Of a stretch of 64,000 nt of DNA, positions 11,453 through 21,113 are shown piece by piece. Origin of the DNA: an uncultured Candidatus Rokubacteria bacterium (GTDB lineage Bacteria; Methylomirabilota; Methylomirabilia; Rokubacteriales; CSP1-6); NCBI GenBank assembly GCA_963771355.1, contig CAVYTA010000005.1:800001-864000 (forward strand), given 5' to 3'. The notes under the pieces are model-generated. The model worked only from the letters and a program-made list of their open reading frames with translations. It ran no database searches and was not told where the DNA came from. Both the position numbers and the translations under genes were made by a program. Numbering within the stretch: the stretch's first letter is position 1; every line of letters begins with the position of its first letter.

Positions 11453-13405
11453 ATGCCGAGCGCGGCGTCCGCGCCCCCTCCCCATGCCGTGGGGGAGGGC
11501 GCGGCCGCCTCTCTCGACCTCGACGCCGGCCTTCGCCTTCTCGGCTACGCGAGCTTCCGGCCGGGGCAGCGCGAGGCCATCGACACCCTGCTCGGCCGCG
11601 GTCGGCTGCTGCTGGTCGCGCCCACCGGCGGCGGCAAGAGCCTGATCTACCAGCTACCCGGCAGCCTGCTCTCCGGCACCAGCCTCGTCATCTCCCCCCT
11701 CGTGGCGCTCATGCACGACCAGGTCGCGGCGCTCACCGCCCGCGGCGTGGCCGCCACCTACCTGGCGGGGACGCTCACCCCGGAGGAGCTGCGCGGGCGG
11801 ATGGCGCGGCTGGGCGCGGGCGCATTCAAGCTCGCCTACGTGGCCCCGGAGCGTCTGGCCTTTCCGGGCTTCCGGGCCCTGGTGCGCGAGCTGGACTGCC
11901 CGCTGGTGGCGGTGGACGAGGCCCACTGCATCAGCGAGTGGGGCCACGACTTCCGCCCCGAGTACCTGGAGATCGGCGGGCTCCTCGCCGAGCTGCCGCG
12001 GGCCCGCGTGCTGGCCTGCACGGCCACCGCCACCCCGGTGGTGCGCGACGAGATCCTCGCCCGTCTCAATCTGCCCGCGGAGACGCCGCAGCTCGTCCGC
12101 GGATTCGCGCGGCCCAATCTGGGCCTGCGCGCGAGGGAGACGGATCACGCGCGCCAGCGCAGTCAGATGGTGGACGAAGCGCTCGCGGAGATGCTGGAGC
12201 GCCCGGGGGCGGGGCGGGGCACCGCCATCGTCTATGCCTCCACGCGCAAGTCGGCCGAGGAGGAAGGCGCGCGGCTCGCCGGCCTCGGCTGGCGCGTGGC
12301 CGTCTATCACGCGGGGCTGGCCCCCGCCGTGCGCGACCGGGCCCAGGGCCGCTTCGCCGCCGGGGAAGCGGAGATCGTCACCGCGACCAATGCCTTCGGC
12401 ATGGGCATCGACCGGCCCGACGTGCGCGCGGTGATCCACCTCGCGCCGCCGAGCTCGCTGGAGGCCTACTACCAGGAGGTGGGCCGCGCCGGGCGGGACG
12501 GTGCGCCCGCGGTGGGCCTGCTCTTCACCTCCTCGCGCGACCTCCCACTCCGTCGCGCCCTGCTCGAGCGGGGCAGCGAGGGCGCGCCGCCCCCGGCGCC
12601 CGAGGTGGTCGAGCACAAGTGGGGGCTGTTCCTCGAGCTGGTGCGGTGGGCGGAGGGCGGCTCCTGCCGTCACGACGCCATTCTCCGCTACTTCGGGGAC
12701 GAGGCGGAGACGCTGCATGGCTGCGGCCGCTGCGACGTCTGCCTCGCCCTCGCGGATCCCGCCGCCGCCGGCGCCGCGCTCGACGCGGAGGCGACCACGT
12801 TGGTGGTCCGCAAGGCGCTGTCCGGCGTGGCCCGCGTCCACGAGCGCTTCGGGCTCGGCACCGCGGTCAAGCTCGTCCACGGAGAGGCGGATCCCCGGCT
12901 GGAGCGGGCCGGGCTCACGCGCGTCCCCACCTTCGGCAATCTGCGCGAGCACGGGGAGGAGTGGATTCTCGGCGTGCTGCGCCGCTGCGTGGCCGCGGGC
13001 TGGGTGAGCTTCACCGGCGGGGACCGGCCGGTGGTGGTGCTCACCGACGCGGGCCGGGCGGTGATGAAGGGCGAGCGCCCGGCGCGCATCCTCCTGCCCC
13101 CGCTCGGCGGAGAACGCCGGCCGACGCGCGGCCGCCGTCCCGCGCGCGGCGCCGCCCCGGTGGCGGAGGACGCGGCGGGGCCGGCGACGGAGGCCTTGTT
13201 CGAGGCGCTGCGCCGGCATCGCCTGTCGCTGGCCCGCGCGGAGGGCGTGGCGCCCTTCATCATCGCCAGCGACCGGACGCTCCGGGACATCGCGGCCATC
13301 CGGCCGGCAACCCTGGACGACCTGCGGCGCGCCTACGGCATCGGCGAGCACAAGGTGGCCCGCTACGGGGCCGGCTTCCTCGAGGTGGTGGCCAGCCATG
13401 GCTAG
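11453..13405 (+). CDS. recQ: RecQ-family ATP-dependent DNA helicase
   Basis: PTGGGKS, VDEAHCISEWGHDFRPEY, TATAT, YYQEVGRAGRDG, Zn ligands CRH..CGRCDVC, winged helix, C-terminal HRDC (PFIIASDRTL..GIGEHK). Confidence 0.93.
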   Translation: MPSAASAPPPHAVGEGAAASLDLDAGLRLLGYASFRPGQREAIDTLLGRGRLLLVAPTGGGKSLIYQLPGSLLSGTSLVISPLVALMHDQVAALTARGVAATYLAGTLTPEELRGRMARLGAGAFKLAYVAPERLAFPGFRALVRELDCPLVAVDEAHCISEWGHDFRPEYLEIGGLLAELPRARVLACTATATPVVRDEILARLNLPAETPQLVRGFARPNLGLRARETDHARQRSQMVDEALAEMLERPGAGRGTAIVYASTRKSAEEEGARLAGLGWRVAVYHAGLAPAVRDRAQGRFAAGEAEIVTATNAFGMGIDRPDVRAVIHLAPPSSLEAYYQEVGRAGRDGAPAVGLLFTSSRDLPLRRALLERGSEGAPPPAPEVVEHKWGLFLELVRWAEGGSCRHDAILRYFGDEAETLHGCGRCDVCLALADPAAAGAALDAEATTLVVRKALSGVARVHERFGLGTAVKLVHGEADPRLERAGLTRVPTFGNLREHGEEWILGVLRRCVAAGWVSFTGGDRPVVVLTDAGRAVMKGERPARILLPPLGGERRPTRGRRPARGAAPVAEDAAGPATEALFEALRRHRLSLARAEGVAPFIIASDRTLRDIAAIRPATLDDLRRAYGIGEHKVARYGAGFLEVVASHG

Positions 13406-14543
13406 CCCGGCGGCGGCGAGCCCCCCCGTGGCTCGCCCGAGCACTGCGCGGCCCGCCGCCGTCGCGCTGGAGGGCATCGCCAAGAAGTTCGGCGTCTTCA
13501 TCGCGCTGCGCGGCGTCTCGCTCTCGGTGGACCCGGGCGAGTTCGTCTGCTTCCTGGGCCCCTCCGGGTGCGGGAAGACCACGCTCCTCCGCATCATCGC
13601 CGGGCTGGAGCGGCAGAACGCCGGCGCGGTGCTGATGGCCGGACGCGACGTCTCCGCCTTGCCCGCCGCCCAGCGCAACTACGGGATCGTCTTTCAGTCC
13701 TACGCCCTCTTTCCCAATCTCACCGTGGCCCGGAACGTGGGCTACGGGCTCGAGACCCGCAAGGCCGGCAAGCGGGAGATCGCCCGGCGCGTGGACGAGC
13801 TGCTCGACCTCGTGGGGCTCCGGCACCACCGGGAGAAGTACCCGGCGCAGCTCTCCGGCGGCGAGCAGCAGCGTATCGCCCTGGCCCGGGCGCTGGCGCC
13901 GTCGCCGGCGCTGCTGCTCCTCGACGAGCCGCTCTCCGCGCTGGACGCGCGGGTGCGGCAATCGCTGCGCCACGAGATCCGCACGCTGCAGCGGCGGCTC
14001 GGCATCACCACCATCATGGTGACGCATGACCAGGAAGAAGCGCTGGCCATGGCGGACCGCATCGTGGTGATGAACCACGGCGTGGTCGAGCAGGTGGGCC
14101 CGCCGGTCGAGGTCTACATGCGCCCGCGCTCGCCCTTCGTGGCCCGCTTCGTGGGCCAGATGAACTTTCTCGACGCGGTCGCGGGCCCGCGTCCCCGCTC
14201 GGCCCACATGGGCGCGGTGGAGCTGACCCTCCCCGCCGGCGGCGACCCGGAGACGATCGCCGCCGGCCCCGGCACCCCGCTCATCCTGGCCATTCGCCCG
14301 GAGGAAATCGTGGTGGGGCCCGCCGCGCAGGGGGCGCCCAACCGCCTCATCACCCGCATCCGGAGCATTCAATTCCTCGGCTCCTTCACGCGGCTGGTGC
14401 TGATGCTGCCCGGCGACGGTGAGCGCGTGCTCGAGTGCGACGTGGCGGCCACCGCCTTCGCCGAGCTGGGCGTGGCGGAGGGTGGCGCGCTACCCCTGGC
14501 GCTCCCTCCCGAATCACTGCGCGTGTTTCGCAAGGAAAGCTAG
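13398..14543 (+). CDS. ABC transporter ATP-binding protein (putative AEP transporter, PhnT2-like)
   Basis: GPSGCGKT, VFQSYALF, LSGGEQQR, LDEP, VTHD, C-terminal TOBE-like region. Confidence 0.9.
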   Translation: MASPAAASPPVARPSTARPAAVALEGIAKKFGVFIALRGVSLSVDPGEFVCFLGPSGCGKTTLLRIIAGLERQNAGAVLMAGRDVSALPAAQRNYGIVFQSYALFPNLTVARNVGYGLETRKAGKREIARRVDELLDLVGLRHHREKYPAQLSGGEQQRIALARALAPSPALLLLDEPLSALDARVRQSLRHEIRTLQRRLGITTIMVTHDQEEALAMADRIVVMNHGVVEQVGPPVEVYMRPRSPFVARFVGQMNFLDAVAGPRPRSAHMGAVELTLPAGGDPETIAAGPGTPLILAIRPEEIVVGPAAQGAPNRLITRIRSIQFLGSFTRLVLMLPGDGERVLECDVAATAFAELGVAEGGALPLALPPESLRVFRKES

Positions 14544-14546
14544 GGC

Positions 14547-16283
14547 GTGGACGTCGTGACCCGCGAGACCGGCGCCACCATCCCGGACCGGGTGGTACGG
14601 CATCGCCTCGGGCGTGAGGACGTGATCCGTGTCGGGCTCGCGGTCGCGCTCGGCCTCGTGCTGTACCTCTTCATCCTGCTCCCCATGGTCAAGATGATCT
14701 GGCGGAGCCTGCTCGACGGCAACGGCCAATGGGTGGGTCTCGCCAACTACGCCCGCTACTTCGGCACGCCCGCCATCGCGGCGTCCATCACCAACAGTCT
14801 CTACGTGGCGGTGGTGTCCATGGTGCTCACGGTGGGGCTGGCCTTCGGCTACGCCTACGCGCTCACCCGGACGCGCATGCCGGTCCAGGGCTTCTTTCGC
14901 GTGGTGGCCATGCTGCCCATCTTCGCGCCGTCCCTGGTGCAGGCCTTCGCCTTCGTCTACGTGTTCGGCAACAACGGCATCTTCACGCGCGCCACCGGCG
15001 TGAACGTGGGGATCTACGGCGCCAAGGGCATCGTCCTCGCGGAGGTGTTCTACTGCTTTCCCCACGCGCTCCTCATTCTCATCGCCGCGCTCGCCGCCAC
15101 CGACGCCCGCCTCTACGACGCCGCCCGCACGCTGGGCGCCTCGTCGCCCAAGACCTTCCTCACCGTGACCCTCCCCGGCGCGAAGTTCGGCCTGGTGAGC
15201 GCCTGCTTCGTGGTCTTCACCACCGTCATCACCGACTTCGGCGCTCCCAAGGTGATCGGCGGGAAGTTCTCGGTGATGGCCACCGAGATCTACAATCAGG
15301 TCTCGGGCCAGCAGAACTTCACCATGGGGGCGACGGTGTCGGTGGTGCTCCTGATCCCGGCCATCCTCGCCTTCGTGGTGGACCGGATCGTGCAGCGCCG
15401 CCAGTACGCGCTGGTCACCGCCTCCGCGCGGCCGCTGGTGCCGGCGCCGCGGCCCAGCCGGGACTGGGCCGCCACCGTCTACTGCCTCCTCGTCGCCCTG
15501 GTGATCGCGGGCATCTATGCCGTCATCCTGGCGGCGTCGCTGGTGCACCGCTGGCCGTACAACCTCGGGCTCACGCTGAAGCACTATGCGTTCGACACCG
15601 TGGGCGGCTACACGCCGCTCTGGAACAGCGTGCAGGTGGCGCTGTGGACGGCGGGGCTGGGGACGGTATTGACCTTCGGCGGCGCGTACGTGGTGGAGAA
15701 GTGCCGCCCGCCCGCGCGCGGAGTGCTCTACCTCCTGTCCATCCTGCCGGTGTCCATCCCCGGCATGGTGCTGGGTCTCGCCTACATCTTCACCTTCAAC
15801 GCGCCCGGCAGCCCGCTCAACCTGCTGTACGGGACGCTCGCCATCCTCGTGGTCTCCAATGTCATCCACTACTTCACGGTGGGCTTCCTCACCGCCACCA
15901 CCGCGCTGAAGCAGATGGACGCGGAGTTCGAGAACGTGTCCGCGTCGCTGGGGGTGCCCTTCTACCGGACCTTCTGGCGGGTGACGGTGCCGATGGCGCT
16001 GCCCTCCATCGTGGCCATCAGCATGTACTTCTTTCTCAACGCCATGGTGACCCTGTCGGCGGTGGTGTTCCTGGTGGCGCCGGGGACCGAGCTGGCCGCG
16101 GTCGCAGTGCTCCTGATGGACGATGCGGGCGACACCGCGCAGGCGGCCGCCATGTCGGTGCTCATCATCGGGACCGGCCTCGGCGTGCGGCTCCTGTACT
16201 GGCTGGCCATGAAGCGCGTGACGCGGCGAACCCAGGCGTGGACGCAGCCCGGCGAGCGGCCGGCTGCCGGAGGACCGACATGA
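14547..16283 (+). CDS. Fused two-module ABC permease (putative AEP transporter, PhnU2-like)
   Basis: Two EAA-like loops (LYDAARTLGAS, FENVSASLGVP), TDFGAPKVIGG, many TM segments. Confidence 0.88.
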   Translation: MDVVTRETGATIPDRVVRHRLGREDVIRVGLAVALGLVLYLFILLPMVKMIWRSLLDGNGQWVGLANYARYFGTPAIAASITNSLYVAVVSMVLTVGLAFGYAYALTRTRMPVQGFFRVVAMLPIFAPSLVQAFAFVYVFGNNGIFTRATGVNVGIYGAKGIVLAEVFYCFPHALLILIAALAATDARLYDAARTLGASSPKTFLTVTLPGAKFGLVSACFVVFTTVITDFGAPKVIGGKFSVMATEIYNQVSGQQNFTMGATVSVVLLIPAILAFVVDRIVQRRQYALVTASARPLVPAPRPSRDWAATVYCLLVALVIAGIYAVILAASLVHRWPYNLGLTLKHYAFDTVGGYTPLWNSVQVALWTAGLGTVLTFGGAYVVEKCRPPARGVLYLLSILPVSIPGMVLGLAYIFTFNAPGSPLNLLYGTLAILVVSNVIHYFTVGFLTATTALKQMDAEFENVSASLGVPFYRTFWRVTVPMALPSIVAISMYFFLNAMVTLSAVVFLVAPGTELAAVAVLLMDDAGDTAQAAAMSVLIIGTGLGVRLLYWLAMKRVTRRTQAWTQPGERPAAGGPT

Positions 16284-16585
16284 GCGTGATGAATGTCGAC
16301 GGGTATCGCGGGCGCTTCTTCGAGGTGCTCCAGGAGACGGAGCGGAGCCAGACCGCGGTGATGACCATCGGCCCCGGGGAGGACGCGGGCCCCGAGGAGG
16401 TGCACGCCGGGGACCAGGTCATCTACGTCATCGAAGGCCAGGCCCGCGTGCGGCTGGGCGAGGCCACGCAGGCGGCGGGGCCCGGCGCCTGCGTGATGAT
16501 TCCGGCGGGGACCCGGCACCACGTGGAAAACACCGGGCAGACCCCGCTGTTCTGCCTTACCGTGTACGCGCCCCCGGCCTACTGA
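16280..16585 (+). CDS. Cupin domain protein
   Basis: ATGA overlap with the permease stop; EEVHAGDQVIYVIEG and IPAGTRHHVENTG cupin motifs; 101 aa. Confidence 0.85.
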   Translation: MSVMNVDGYRGRFFEVLQETERSQTAVMTIGPGEDAGPEEVHAGDQVIYVIEGQARVRLGEATQAAGPGACVMIPAGTRHHVENTGQTPLFCLTVYAPPAY

Positions 16586-16603
16586 GCCCAAGGAGAGCTG
16601 CCC

Positions 16604-17341
16604 GTGTCACTCGAAGGAAGGACCGCGCTCGTCACCGGCGCCGCCCGCGGCATCGGGCTCGCCATCGCGCAACGCCTCGCCGCGGACGGAGCCCGCGTGG
16701 CGATGCTCGACCTCGACCGTCCCGGAGTGGAGGCCGCCGCCAAGATGCTGGGGCCGGAGGCCTTGCCCCTGGTGGCCGACGTGACGCGGTCGGCGGAGGT
16801 GGAGCGCGCGGTGGGGGCGGTGGTGGCGCGCTGGCAGCGGCTGGACGTGCTGGTGAACAATGCCGGCATCACCGGCCGCTCCTTTCCCCTGTGGGAGCTC
16901 ACCGACGAGGACTGGCAGCGGGTCATCGACGTGGACCTCTCGAGTGTCTTCTATTGCTGCCGGGCGGCGGTCCGGGTCATGCTGAGTCAGGGCAGCGGCC
17001 GCATCGTGAACATCGCCTCCATCGCGGGCAAGGAGGGGAACCCGACGCTCGTGCCCTACTCCTCCGCGAAGGCGGGCGTGATCGGCCTCACCAAGGCCCT
17101 GGCCAAGGAAGTGGCTACCCGCGGAATCTTCGTCAACGCGGTCGCGCCCGCGGTGATCGGCACCGAGCTGCTCCAGCAGATGGAGCGGAGCACGGTGGAT
17201 CTCCTCGTCTCCAAGATCCCCATGGGGCGGGTGGGGCGTCCGGAGGAGGTGGCCGCGCTGGTGGCCTGGCTCGCCTCCGACGAGTGCTCGTTCAGCACCG
17301 GCGCCGTCTACGATCTCTCCGGCGGCCGTGCCACCTACTAG
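16604..17341 (+). CDS. Short-chain dehydrogenase/reductase
   Basis: TGAARGIG, NNAGI, YSSAKAG, DLSGGRATY. Confidence 0.9.
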   Translation: MSLEGRTALVTGAARGIGLAIAQRLAADGARVAMLDLDRPGVEAAAKMLGPEALPLVADVTRSAEVERAVGAVVARWQRLDVLVNNAGITGRSFPLWELTDEDWQRVIDVDLSSVFYCCRAAVRVMLSQGSGRIVNIASIAGKEGNPTLVPYSSAKAGVIGLTKALAKEVATRGIFVNAVAPAVIGTELLQQMERSTVDLLVSKIPMGRVGRPEEVAALVAWLASDECSFSTGAVYDLSGGRATY

Positions 17342-17789
17342 CGCCGCGCTCACGACGGATCGTGCCGGCGGTGGTGGCCTCGCGCTGCTCGCGCTGGGCG
17401 TGCTCTGGGAGAGCCGCGTGCTTCCCGTCGGTACGTGGCGCGAGCCCGGCCCCGGCGCGATGCCGGTGGGGGTGGCGCTGGTGGCGCTCGCCCTCGGCGT
17501 GGCGCTCGTCGCGCGCGGTGGGAGCGCGCCGCCGCTCGGCGGCGTGGGCTGGAGCGAAGCGCCGCGCGCCCTGGTGGTGGTGGCCGCGCTCGCCTTCCTC
17601 GCGCTGGCCTTCGAGCGCCTGGGCTATCGCTTCAGCGTCTTCGCCACCGTGCTGTTCCTGGTCGGGGCGGTGGAGCGGCGCTCACCGCTGGCCGCGGTGG
17701 TCTATGCGGCCGGCCTCGCCTGGGGGAGCTTCTTTCTCTTCAACGGCCTCCTGAAGGTCCCGCTGCCGCGGGGCCCGTTCGGGTTCTGA
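17328..17789 (+). CDS. Tripartite tricarboxylate transporter TctB-family small membrane subunit (start uncertain)
   Basis: Four hydrophobic segments, PGPGAMP and LKVPLPRGPFGF motifs; directly before tctA. Confidence 0.8.
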   Translation: MPPTSAALTTDRAGGGGLALLALGVLWESRVLPVGTWREPGPGAMPVGVALVALALGVALVARGGSAPPLGGVGWSEAPRALVVVAALAFLALAFERLGYRFSVFATVLFLVGAVERRSPLAAVVYAAGLAWGSFFLFNGLLKVPLPRGPFGF

Positions 17790-17797
17790 GCGCGGCG

Positions 17798-19297
17798 GTG
17801 CCGGAAACCCTCCAGAACCTGGCGCTGGGGTTCAGCGTCGCGCTGCAGCCGACCATGCTCTTCTACGCCTTCGCCGGCTGCGTGATCGGGACTCTCGTGG
17901 GCGTGCTGCCGGGGGTGGGACCGCTGGCCGGCATCAGCCTGCTCCTCCCCGCCACCTTCGGGCTGGACGCCACGCGCGCCATCGTGCTGCTGGCCGGCAT
18001 CTACTATGGCGCGATGTACGGGGGCTCCACCACCTCCATCCTCATGCGTATCCCCGGCGAGGCCGCCTCGGTGATGACGTGCATCGACGGCTACGCCATG
18101 GCCCGCAAGGGGCGCGCGGGCGCCGCGCTGGCCATCGCCGCGGTGGGCTCGTTCGTGGCGGGGACGCTCTCGGTGGTGGCGCTGATGCTCCTCGCGCCGC
18201 CGCTCGCCAATCTTGCGCTACGCTTCGGGCCCCCCGAGTACGCGGCGCTGCTCGTCCTGGGACTCCTCGTCCTCGCGTACATGAGCGGCGGCTCGATGCT
18301 GAAGTCGCTCGCCATGGCGGCGCTGGGGCTGCTCCTGGGGATGGTGGGCATCGATCAGATGTCCGGCTACTTCCGCTTCGCCTACGGCGTGGTGGAGCTG
18401 GGCGACGGCCTCGGCGTGGTGCCGCTGGCCGTCGGCCTCTTCGGCATCGCCGAGGTGCTGCTCACCGCGGGCCAGCCCACGCCGCCCGACGTCCAGAAGC
18501 CCCGGCTCCGCGAGCTCCTCCCCTCGCGTCGGGAATGGCGCGAGTCCGCCGCCCCCGTCCTGAGGGGCACCGGGCTGGGCTTTCTCATCGGCATCGTCCC
18601 CGGCTCGGCCCACATCATCTCGAGCTTCGTCTCCTATGCGGTGGAGCGGCGGCTGTCCCGGCGGCCGGAGGAGTTCGGTCACGGGGCGGTGGCGGGGGTG
18701 GCGGGGCCGGAGTCCGCCAACAACGCGGCGACCTCCGGCGCCTTCGTCCCCATGCTCGCGCTCGGTGTGCCCTCGGGTCCCATCCCCGCGGTGATGCTGG
18801 CGGCCATGATGGTCCACGGCGTGTCGCCCGGCCCTCTCCTCATCCAGCAGTCGCCCGCGCTGTTCTGGGGCTTCATCGCCTCCATGTACGTGGGCAACGT
18901 GATGCTGCTCGTGCTCAACCTGCCCATGGTCGGGCTCTTCGTGAACGTGCTCCGGGTGCCCTACGCGTACCTCTACCCGGGCATCATCGTGTTCTGCGTG
19001 CTGGGAGTCTACGCGGTGAACGGCAGCGTGCTGGACGTGTGGATCGCCGCCTCCATGGGCGTGCTCGGCTGGATCCTCCGCAAGCTCGACTTCGAGACGG
19101 CGCCCATCGTGCTGGGCGCCATCCTCGCCCCCATGGTGGAGATGAGCGTGCGTCAGTCGCTCGCCATGTCCGACGGGCACTACGCGATCTTCCTGACGCG
19201 GCCCATCGCCGCCGGCCTGCTCGCGGCCGGTGTCCTGCTGCTCCTGCTGGGCCTCCGGTCCTGGATTCCCTTCGCCGACAAAGGAGCCAACGCATGA
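17798..19297 (+). CDS. Tripartite tricarboxylate transporter TctA-family permease
   Basis: GTLVGVLPG, YYGAMYGGSTTSIL, GPESANNA motifs; GTG start at 17798. Confidence 0.92.
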   Translation: MPETLQNLALGFSVALQPTMLFYAFAGCVIGTLVGVLPGVGPLAGISLLLPATFGLDATRAIVLLAGIYYGAMYGGSTTSILMRIPGEAASVMTCIDGYAMARKGRAGAALAIAAVGSFVAGTLSVVALMLLAPPLANLALRFGPPEYAALLVLGLLVLAYMSGGSMLKSLAMAALGLLLGMVGIDQMSGYFRFAYGVVELGDGLGVVPLAVGLFGIAEVLLTAGQPTPPDVQKPRLRELLPSRREWRESAAPVLRGTGLGFLIGIVPGSAHIISSFVSYAVERRLSRRPEEFGHGAVAGVAGPESANNAATSGAFVPMLALGVPSGPIPAVMLAAMMVHGVSPGPLLIQQSPALFWGFIASMYVGNVMLLVLNLPMVGLFVNVLRVPYAYLYPGIIVFCVLGVYAVNGSVLDVWIAASMGVLGWILRKLDFETAPIVLGAILAPMVEMSVRQSLAMSDGHYAIFLTRPIAAGLLAAGVLLLLLGLRSWIPFADKGANA

Positions 19298-20295
19298 AAG
19301 GTCTCACGGTCATCGCCGTTCTCTTCACCGCCTCCGTCGCGGTCCTCGCCGCGGTCGTCACCGGCGCCTCCGCCCAGGAGCCGTTTCCCTCGCGTCCCAT
19401 CACGCTGGTGGCGCCGTTTCCCCCCGGCGGCGTCGCCGATCTCACCGCACGCCCGGTAGCGGCCGCGCTCGAGCGCAATCTCAAGAACCCGGTGGGCGTG
19501 GTCAACAAGACCGGCGCCGCCGGCGCGGTGGGCATGCAGTTCGTGGCCGCCAGCAAGCCCGACGGCTACACGCTCCTGCTCGCGCTGTCGAGCATCTCCA
19601 TCATCCCCGAGGCGGACAAGCTCTTCGGCCGTCCGCCCGCGTTCACGGTGGATCAGTTCGCGCCCATCGCGCTCATCTCCGCGGATCCCACCGTCCTGGT
19701 GGTGCGGGCGGAGAGCCCGTGGAAGACGGCCAAGGACTTCCTCGAGGACGCCCGCAACCGGTCCGGCCAGATCTCCTACTCGTCGTCTGGAATCTACGGG
19801 ACGCTGCACATGGCCATGGAGCTGCTCTCGCACGCGGCCCAGATCAAGCTGCGCCACGTGCCCTATGCGGGCGCGGGGCCCGCGCTCACCGCGCTGCTGG
19901 GCGGTCACGTGGACGCGCTCGCCTCCGGGCCCGCGGTGGTGCTGCCCCAGATCAAGGCGGGCAAGCTCCGCGTGCTCGCGGGCTGGGGCGAATCGCGCGT
20001 GGCGGCGCTGCCGGAGGTCCCGACCTTCAAGGAGCTGGGCTATCCGGACGCCGAGTTCTATATCTGGGCCGGCGTGTTCGCGCCGAAGGGCACCCCCGAG
20101 CCCGTGCTCGCCCGCCTGCGCGACGGGCTGCGCGCCGCCACCGGCGACCCCGAGTTCAAGGCGGCCATGGACAAGCTGGAGACCCCCATCGTGTTCAGGC
20201 AGGGGGACGAGTTCGCCCGCTTCTTCGCCGCCGACGCCAAGCGCCTGGCCGAGGGCGTGCGAAAAGTCGGAAAGATCGAGGAGAAGAAGCCCTGA
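19294..20295 (+). CDS. Tripartite tricarboxylate transporter substrate-binding protein (TctC/Bug family)
   Basis: Signal peptide, PFPPGGVADL, KPDGYTLL, HVPYAGAGPAL, PEVPTFKELG. Confidence 0.92.
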   Translation: MKGLTVIAVLFTASVAVLAAVVTGASAQEPFPSRPITLVAPFPPGGVADLTARPVAAALERNLKNPVGVVNKTGAAGAVGMQFVAASKPDGYTLLLALSSISIIPEADKLFGRPPAFTVDQFAPIALISADPTVLVVRAESPWKTAKDFLEDARNRSGQISYSSSGIYGTLHMAMELLSHAAQIKLRHVPYAGAGPALTALLGGHVDALASGPAVVLPQIKAGKLRVLAGWGESRVAALPEVPTFKELGYPDAEFYIWAGVFAPKGTPEPVLARLRDGLRAATGDPEFKAAMDKLETPIVFRQGDEFARFFAADAKRLAEGVRKVGKIEEKKP

Positions 20296-20312
20296 CGGAC
20301 GCGAGGGGCGGG

Positions 20313-20343
20313 CCACGGGCGCCGGAGTCGCCGGCGCCCGTGG
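20313..20343. terminator. Perfect 13-bp hairpin between convergent units, no U-tract
   Basis: ccacgggcgccgg-agtcg-ccggcgcccgtgg, starting 18 nt after the tctC stop. Confidence 0.55.
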
Positions 20344-20414
20344 GGAGGGTGGGTCAGGCCGCGGACGTGACCGGCCCTGCCTCGATCGCCCACTTGGTAC
20401 ATCCCCATAGGTAC

Positions 20415-20429
20415 GCAAGAGGCGTGCCG
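20415..20429 (-). promoter_or_regulatory. Sigma54 (-24/-12) promoter
   Basis: Minus strand reads cGGCACG-cctc-TTGC, matching the core consensus GGCACG-N4-TTGC with exact spacing. Confidence 0.55.
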
Positions 20430-20524
20430 CGTGGGGACGCGCGTGCCGGCGCTTACTTAGCCGCAGCGCCTGGAGCCGGAAGCAAAAATCGTAAACCTGC
20501 TCGACAGCCGGGCCGGGCGCGGCC

Positions 20525-21067
20525 CTAGATCTGGATGCCGAGCCGGAGGGCGGCGGCGAGCAGGGCGACCTTGGATACGGACTCCGTGATGCGGTCGTCC
20601 AGCGCCATCTCCACTGCCTCGCGCAGCGGCATGACGCGCCGCTCGAAGAACTCGTCGTCGTCGCCGGGCAGGGGATCGGCGATGAGGTCCTCCCCGATGA
20701 AGCAGTGCGCCTCCTCGTCCAGATAGGCGCTGGAGGGGAGGAAGCGCGTGAGGAAGGTGAGCCGGGCCGCGCGATAACCGCCCTCCTCGCGCAGCTCGCG
20801 CTGCGCGGCCGCCTCCGGGCTCTCGCCCGGCCCGCCGCCGCCGCCCGGCAGCTCCCAGGAGTCGGCGCGCGCGAGATGACGGAACTGGCGGATCAGCAGC
20901 ACGTGCTCGCGATCCACCAGCGGCACCACGCCCACGGTGAGCCCCACGTGCAGCACGGGATAGGCGCGCTCCCCGCCGGTGGGCAGCCGCCACACGTCCT
21001 CGCGCAGCGTGAGCCGGCCCATCGAGCGAAGGGTGGTGGTGCGCAGGAACTGCCAGTCAAGGGGCAT
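20525..21067 (-). CDS. NUDIX hydrolase (ADP-ribose pyrophosphatase-like)
   Basis: Nudix box GGGGGPGESPEAAAQRELREEGG, LIRQFRH, WELPGG; GAGGAGG RBS before ATG 21067. Confidence 0.88.
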   Translation of the reverse strand: MPLDWQFLRTTTLRSMGRLTLREDVWRLPTGGERAYPVLHVGLTVGVVPLVDREHVLLIRQFRHLARADSWELPGGGGGPGESPEAAAQRELREEGGYRAARLTFLTRFLPSSAYLDEEAHCFIGEDLIADPLPGDDDEFFERRVMPLREAVEMALDDRITESVSKVALLAAALRLGIQI

Positions 21068-21113
21068 GGGCGCGCCCTCCTCGCCCGCAATCTTACGTGA
21101 TAGAGTTGAGGCC

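Noticed and set aside
20058..20408. 116-aa minus-strand ORF downstream of the sigma54 site
   Set aside because: It is Arg/Pro-rich, has no domain, and mostly runs antisense to tctC. It is more likely a shadow ORF, although an ATG does lie next to the predicted +1.
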